24,321 nt of DNA from Pyrobaculum sp. (GTDB lineage: Archaea > Thermoproteota > Thermoprotei > Thermoproteales > Thermoproteaceae). Where the stretch lies: NCBI GenBank assembly GCA_046293555.1, contig JBKBOT010000022.1, positions 1 to 24,321 of the forward strand. Direction: 5' to 3'. The position numbers were made by a program, and so were the translations under genes. Below are positions 19,478 through 24,321 of this stretch, piece after piece; position 1 is the stretch's first letter; every line of letters begins with the position of its first letter. Below the pieces are notes generated by a model that saw only the letters and a program-made list of their open reading frames with translations, was not told the origin of the DNA and did no database searches.

Positions 19478-19530
19478 AAATGATGAAGTCTCGGGGAGGT
19501 GGACAGATGACGGCGGTTATCCCGCTGACT
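19478..19530 (+). ncRNA. Box C/D sRNA (2'-O-methylation guide), probably targeting 23S rRNA domain VI
   Basis: C ATGATGA 19480-19486, guide AGTCTCGGGGAGG, D' TGGA, C' CAGATGA, guide CGGCGGTTATCCCG, D CTGA 19525-19528. The guide complements GGGATAACCGCYG and CCCCGAGA resemble, from memory, neighbouring 23S segments around GAAAGCATCTAAG. Confidence 0.82.
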
Positions 19531-20392
19531 AATGGACATCATACTCCACAACAGGCTCCACAACAGGCTCTCCAACCCACTCAACCACCTCCTTGTAAAA
19601 CTCCTCTAGGACGTCACTAAGAGCTTTATACCCTGTAGTAACCCTCTTGCCTTCTGCCGTAATTCTTGTGAGTGCCACACTCTTAGGAATTACAACATCA
19701 AACCTTGGGATGTCAACGTTAAATTTTTCATTTAGCAACTCGGGCTTCCTACCTTCATTTGTAGTCTTTTCTACCTTGTTTATCAACAGGCGTGTTTTCG
19801 ACCTGACCTTATCTCTGTCGCCCTCTACCCCCCTAACAAGTTTTTCATACATCCTCCTGAGGCGGTAGGGCTCGGCCCCATAGGGCTGGGTCACAATTAT
19901 GACCTTATCCGCGGCAGCAAGCGACGCCAAGGTATAACGTGGCTCATAAAACGGCACCGTGTCTAAAACTATAAAGTCCCAACCCTTTCTGAAATTTTCA
20001 ACAAATTTCCTAATTCGCTTTGCCGGCTCTAGATAACTACCTCCCCATATCTTCACCATGACGTCAGCAATCTCGTCCCCGCCGGGGATCAACTCCACCT
20101 CTCTCCCGTCTATATAGATGGAAATTATGAAATTCCTCAAATCTACATGTTCCCCCTTTATAAGCGACTGCAAGATATCCCCCACAGTCTTCTTCCCATC
20201 TTCTAACCTAGCCACCTCTATATCTCCCAAAAGCTGGACACTAAGCCCGGCGCTGGGATCCAAGTCAATCAGAAGAGTCCTCTTCCCATTGTGGGCCAAC
20301 ATGTACGCCAGATATATCGCCAAGGTAGTCTTCCCAACACCTCCGCCAGCCGATATGAACGAGATAATCCGCCCGCCGGCATCATTTGACAT
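19529..20392 (-). CDS. ParA/MinD-family ATPase
   Basis: SAGGGVGKTT, LLIDLDPSA, LIPG, IVLDTVP, AADKVII and LINK motifs. Start ATG 20392 with ATATATAAA about 25 bp upstream. Confidence 0.92.
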   Translation of the reverse strand: MSNDAGGRIISFISAGGGVGKTTLAIYLAYMLAHNGKRTLLIDLDPSAGLSVQLLGDIEVARLEDGKKTVGDILQSLIKGEHVDLRNFIISIYIDGREVELIPGGDEIADVMVKIWGGSYLEPAKRIRKFVENFRKGWDFIVLDTVPFYEPRYTLASLAAADKVIIVTQPYGAEPYRLRRMYEKLVRGVEGDRDKVRSKTRLLINKVEKTTNEGRKPELLNEKFNVDIPRFDVVIPKSVALTRITAEGKRVTTGYKALSDVLEEFYKEVVEWVGEPVVEPVVEYDVH

Positions 20393-20793
20393 AATATAAC
20401 TCTCACAGAGATTTATATATTTTACCCAAATATCTAATTCAGACAAATCTTTACACAAATCAACCACACACACAGTCCAGCCCATCCAGACGCGACTCAA
20501 AACACCCAAAAAGCACGAAACAGCAACGCCGCCACAGAGGGGCGGCGCCTTTCCCCCACGCACGTTCCCACTAACCACCCCCCGCCAGGTCTCCCGCCGC
20601 GTTGGGCTACAGAAAGAGGCGTGGCCTCAAGGCTCAACTTTCCTACCCCGCTGCCGCACAGCGGCGCCCCCTGGGCCTTGCTCACCTCCTCTCGTGGGGG
20701 CCCTGGACACCCCCGATATCCACACACGTCGGCACCCCGCCTGGCGGCCGTAGGCCGCCCACGGTAGAGATAAAAACCAGAAGACATACGCCG

Positions 20794-20848
20794 ACGTGAT
20801 GAAGGTTCGGAACGCTTAGAACGGTGATAGACACCTGGAGGGCTGACC
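20794..20848 (+). ncRNA. Box C/D sRNA candidate
   Basis: C GTGATGA 20796-20802, guide AGGTTCGGAACGCT, D' TAGA and C' GTGATAG (compensatory K-loop pairs), 12-nt guide ACACCTGGAGGG, D CTGA 20843-20846; 51 nt from box to box. Target not identified. Confidence 0.7.
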
Positions 20849-20967
20849 CAGCCACAACAACCCCCAGCCACTACCCAAAAGGCCGCCCCCGGCACCTCCC
20901 CATACCCGTCAAACACTAAAAACATAACGGCAAAAACCCGCAGTTAGATTTAAATCCCCTTGGAGAT

Positions 20968-21423
20968 GTGTTTGTGGCCGCTGCCTCAAAGAGGGGCGTG
21001 GATGTCGACAAGCTGACAAGCCTTCTAGACGAGGTGTTATCACTTGAGGACCTAACCACGTTCGAGCTGAGAAAAAGAGTGGCAAAGATGTACCTAGAGT
21101 TGGGGCTAGAGGAGAAAGACCCGACGCAGGCCTCAAAGCTGTTGTACGAAGCCGCAAAGACGGCAATAAAGGCGGCAGCCCTGGCACTAGGCATCTCTAA
21201 AAAAGAGTGGAAATTTGAAGACTATGAAGACGCCGCCATAGAGCTAAAAAGGCTGTGTGGAGTGGACGTAGCCTCCTGGTGGACAACTGCAGCTGTGTTA
21301 TACGACTGGGGGCTAGAAAATATAATAGAACAAGAAGATATAGACATCAGGGTTTCGGATATCATAGAGTTAGTACAGTTGTTAGACAAACTCCAACAAT
21401 GTCAGAAAAACACAGCCAACTAG
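20968..21423 (+). CDS. PaREP1-family protein with a degenerate His motif
   Basis: KDPTQASKLLYEAAKTAIKA...W..AAVLYDWG; TTTAAAT at 20949-20955. Confidence 0.8.
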   Translation: MFVAAASKRGVDVDKLTSLLDEVLSLEDLTTFELRKRVAKMYLELGLEEKDPTQASKLLYEAAKTAIKAAALALGISKKEWKFEDYEDAAIELKRLCGVDVASWWTTAAVLYDWGLENIIEQEDIDIRVSDIIELVQLLDKLQQCQKNTAN

Positions 21424-21759
21424 CTAGAGAATAAGGGAGTCCAGCTAGTAGACAACGACCCCATACAGGCGTCAGAAAAGCTCTACAAGGCGGCCGAAGA
21501 GGCCATAAAGGCGCTCACAATAGCCAACAACATAGAGGACGTGCTATCTAAAGTCAGAAAGTCAAACAGGTGGAGCGCCAAACTTCTCAAAAGAGCTGCA
21601 AGAAAACTAGCCAACAAATACGGCGAGGACGTGCGGCGTGGATGGAAAGCGGCGTGGCACCTCCACGTCTGGGGCTTCCACGAAAGCAAATTAACGCCAC
21701 GCGAAATTAGAGAAAAAATACCACACATCGAAAAGCTGATACACCTCCTACAACAATAA
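21399..21759 (+). pseudogene. Second PaREP1 unit with a disrupted 5' end
   Basis: DPIQASEKLYKAAEEAIKAL...AAWHLHVWGFHE is in frame with the upstream gene but after its TAG (21421-21423). The alternative start ATG 21399 reads MSEKHSQLARE* in another frame. Confidence 0.75.
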
Positions 21760-22028
21760 AGCCGCCGCGCCAGGCGCCCACAACCATCCCACCAAGCGGC
21801 GACGACAAGCCACCCCGCCTAGAGACGTGGATGAACAACGCCCCCACGCCCAGCGTCGCCGCGAGAGACGCCCCACTGGGGCGGGCCCCGCCAGCTCCCA
21901 CAGGCCCACCGGGGGAGCTGCTCGGCAAACGCTCTGTCTCACGCCTCGCGCCGGCCGGCGCCGTGGCGGCTTGGCCGATCCGCCGTCTGGGGGACTTCAA
22001 TTTTTTAAATATCTCATCTGTTTGATTC

Positions 22029-22679
22029 ATGAGGTGGATTTTCTTGGTAACGGCCATAGTTGCGGCAGTTAGCCTAATTCTTTGGCTGATAGTTGCAGTA
22101 GTTAACCTATCTCATTGGCTGTCTGGAGGTCAAACCAACTGGTATGAGGTCTACTACACGATAGATGTCAAAAGCCCCACTTATCACGGGGAACTCGGGT
22201 GGGCCGTCGTGGGGGTTGGACCGCGGGGCAACTATACAATTATAAACCTGAAGGCGGAGCATACGCAAGTTGTTGTCTATTCGGTAATTGAGGGTAAAAA
22301 CGTGTACACTACCGCCTGCATAAACACAATCTGTACGAAGACAACTATTAAAATAGATCTTATACCATTCGGGGCAAGAGAAGTTGGCACATGCCGCCAC
22401 CTCGGCCGGGAGGGCAAGCTATACAGTGTCACCGAGTTACCTGACATATTCAATATCATCAAGCTTCCCGACATATCAAGCAATATAATAAGAGAAGCCA
22501 GCATCACAGCGTTAATGTGTATACACGGCGACATGTTACTATGGTACACAGTAGACATGAACCTACTAACCATAGGCAAAAAAGTCACCTCTATGAAATT
22601 CAGCATGAACGCCACACGCATCGGCCCATACAACGAAACCAGATACAAAGAAATACTAACAAAAGCCAAACAAAGCTAA
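22029..22679 (+). CDS. Membrane-anchored or secreted hypothetical protein (216 aa)
   Basis: Long hydrophobic N-terminus, beta-rich body, four Cys, several NxT/S sequons; TTTTAAATA about 25 bp upstream. Confidence 0.8.
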   Translation: MRWIFLVTAIVAAVSLILWLIVAVVNLSHWLSGGQTNWYEVYYTIDVKSPTYHGELGWAVVGVGPRGNYTIINLKAEHTQVVVYSVIEGKNVYTTACINTICTKTTIKIDLIPFGAREVGTCRHLGREGKLYSVTELPDIFNIIKLPDISSNIIREASITALMCIHGDMLLWYTVDMNLLTIGKKVTSMKFSMNATRIGPYNETRYKEILTKAKQS

Positions 22680-23101
22680 ACTGTCAACAAGCGTACGGCA
22701 CGCCACCAGCCGCCCTGACTTAGCGTTACGCCAGATCCCTCGTAGGAGCCCCCGCCCCCAGCGGTCAAGGGGGCACATCTACCTTCTCCGATTTCTCACA
22801 GCTATGCCCCCACACCGGGCTAGCCCAAAGCGCCACATCCATCTACACCAAAAGACGCAAGTCAACACGCCAAAGGTCTCCACTGCCGCATTAGGGGCAC
22901 TGCCTACGTCTTGTCCCCATCTCGGCCACGCAAGCCCTCCCGCAGTGGGGACACGCCACCGCCATATATTTCCTCTTTTCTTCTAAAGCCTTTCCCAGCT
23001 GGTAGTGGAAACAGCCCACGGCACAGCTAGTCCCCCCTCAACCCCACCACCGGCCCACAAGCCCCCACGACAGGCAGCAGAGGCGTCCCCACGACAGCCG
23101 T

Positions 23102-23449
23102 CTAACGCCGGCCGGTCTTGCTCACGACCTCTCTATACACGTCGAGATATCTCTCCGTAATTTTTTCCCAACTGAACTCCTCTCTAGCCAGCTTTCTGCT
23201 GTTTTCCCCCATCTCCCTCCGTATTTCTTCATTTTCGACTAGGTACAGAATCCTGTCGGCCAGTTCTTTTGAGTTCGCCGGCTCTACCAAAAAGCCGTTC
23301 CAGCCGTCTCTAATCTGCATGGGTATCCCACCCACTCTAGAGCCGACTAGGGGCTTGCCGGCGGCCAGGGCTTCTGTCAACACAATTCCAAACCCCTCCT
23401 CTAGTGAGGGCAACACAGTCGCGGGCGGTGTCCATATCTGGGTTTCCAC
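23102..23449 (-). pseudogene. GT4 glycosyltransferase, C-terminal fragment only
   Basis: VLPSLEEGFGIVLTEALAAGKPLVGSRVGGIP...GFLV...FSWEK. The N-terminal domain is missing and only about 60 bp separate it from the upstream gene. Confidence 0.85.
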
Positions 23450-23512
23450 AAAGGCAAAAACGCCAGAGAGGACCTCGGAAAGTGGTCTCTTTGTGCCGCC
23501 GGCGTGAACTCT

Positions 23513-24321
23513 TTACTCGGGTGGAGGCAGTGGCTGGAGTTGTCTTGCCATTGATAGAAATGCGGCCATGAATAGGGTCTCTACGCCTATCGCCAGCGCG
23601 ATGAGGAACAGCACGTCTTCTTCTGGCGGCGGGAGTGGCGAGCCGGAAAGCCACAACGAGGCGAGGTACCCCAGGTAGGCGGCCCCCGCCAGTGTCAACA
23701 CGGCGCCCGCTAGATACATCAGCCTCACCCTCCTGAAGAGCCACTCGGCGAGCCCCCCACGCCACCCCGCCAGCACCTTCGCCCCGACGCCAAGTAGCGC
23801 CAAGAGGTAGCCAATAGAGACAAAAGACACCCCCAGCAGGGTGGTCCGCAGCCCATGTCTAAACGGCAGAAAGCCAACTGGAGACCAAGACAACACCAAC
23901 AACAGCCCCAACACAAACAACAGTATGCCCGGCGCTGAAAGCAGAAGCGTGGGGGCGCCAAAAAGGATATAACGCAGGTGTCTATAGCCATCTCTAAACG
24001 TGCTAAGCTTAGAGACAGTGCCCTCTGCACGGGGGTAATAGGTAATCGGCACCTCCTTTACGCGTAGGCCGAGGCGTAGGGCCACTCTAAGCATCTCGGT
24101 GGCGAACTCCATCCCGCCTGCCTTGAGGTGGGGGAGCATCTTCTCGAGGGCCTCTCTAGTCAACGCGCGGAGGCCCCCATGGGTGTCGGTAAACCCCGTC
24201 CCATGCGCCAAGTTAAAAAGCCAGGTCAACGCCGGGTTGCCGACATGCCTATGGAGCCAGGGCATGGCCCCAGGCTTGATCTCCCCCAAACACCGGCTGC
24301 CCACAACCCCGTCTGCCTCCC
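23513..24321 (-). CDS. GT2 DPM1-like glycosyltransferase with C-terminal TM helices; 5' end outside the window
   Basis: ADGVVGSR...GN...FTDTHGGLRA...MEFATEM...EVPITYYPR...SKL followed by four hydrophobic segments. The frame is open to the window edge. Confidence 0.9.
   Translation of the reverse strand, partial: EADGVVGSRCLGEIKPGAMPWLHRHVGNPALTWLFNLAHGTGFTDTHGGLRALTREALEKMLPHLKAGGMEFATEMLRVALRLGLRVKEVPITYYPRAEGTVSKLSTFRDGYRHLRYILFGAPTLLLSAPGILLFVLGLLLVLSWSPVGFLPFRHGLRTTLLGVSFVSIGYLLALLGVGAKVLAGWRGGLAEWLFRRVRLMYLAGAVLTLAGAAYLGYLASLWLSGSPLPPPEEDVLFLIALAIGVETLFMAAFLSMARQLQPLPPPE

Noticed and set aside
17619-22871. Shared 13-mer AAGTCAACACGCC at about 17619 and 22859
   Set aside because: No extended homology or element structure; compatible with chance.
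1-24321. cas genes, transposase/integrase, tRNA
   Set aside because: No Cas, DDE/HUH/tyrosine-recombinase motifs or tRNA T-loop cloverleaf were recognised.

Overview
Archaeal DNA, most likely Thermoproteaceae (Pyrobaculum-like), judged from the CRISPR repeat type, PaREP-family genes, leaderless TATA-GTG/ATG starts and box C/D sRNAs. Bases 1-3555 are the trailer part of a long CRISPR array (53 copies of GAATCTCAAAGAGAGGATTGAAAG); there are no cas genes in the window. The rest is a variable, pseudogene-rich island. It carries an AAA_14/DUF4143 ATPase, a metallophosphoesterase, three PaREP1/HEPN units, two paralogous ATK-repeat coiled-coil PD-(D/E)XK nucleases, a DUF3782-like gene, a Tat-exported His-rich beta-propeller divergent from a DUF411/CopG-like gene, a frameshifted transglutaminase-like gene, a ParA-like ATPase next to a small nuclease-fold gene, two box C/D sRNAs and glycosyltransferases. 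The most unusual structure is three orphan degenerate CRISPR-repeat clusters (about 12.5, 16.0 and 17.3 kb). Two of them closely bracket a duplicated 1.2-kb nuclease cassette whose non-coding end is more conserved (119/124 bp) than its gene. All family calls come from motif recognition by eye; no searches were run.
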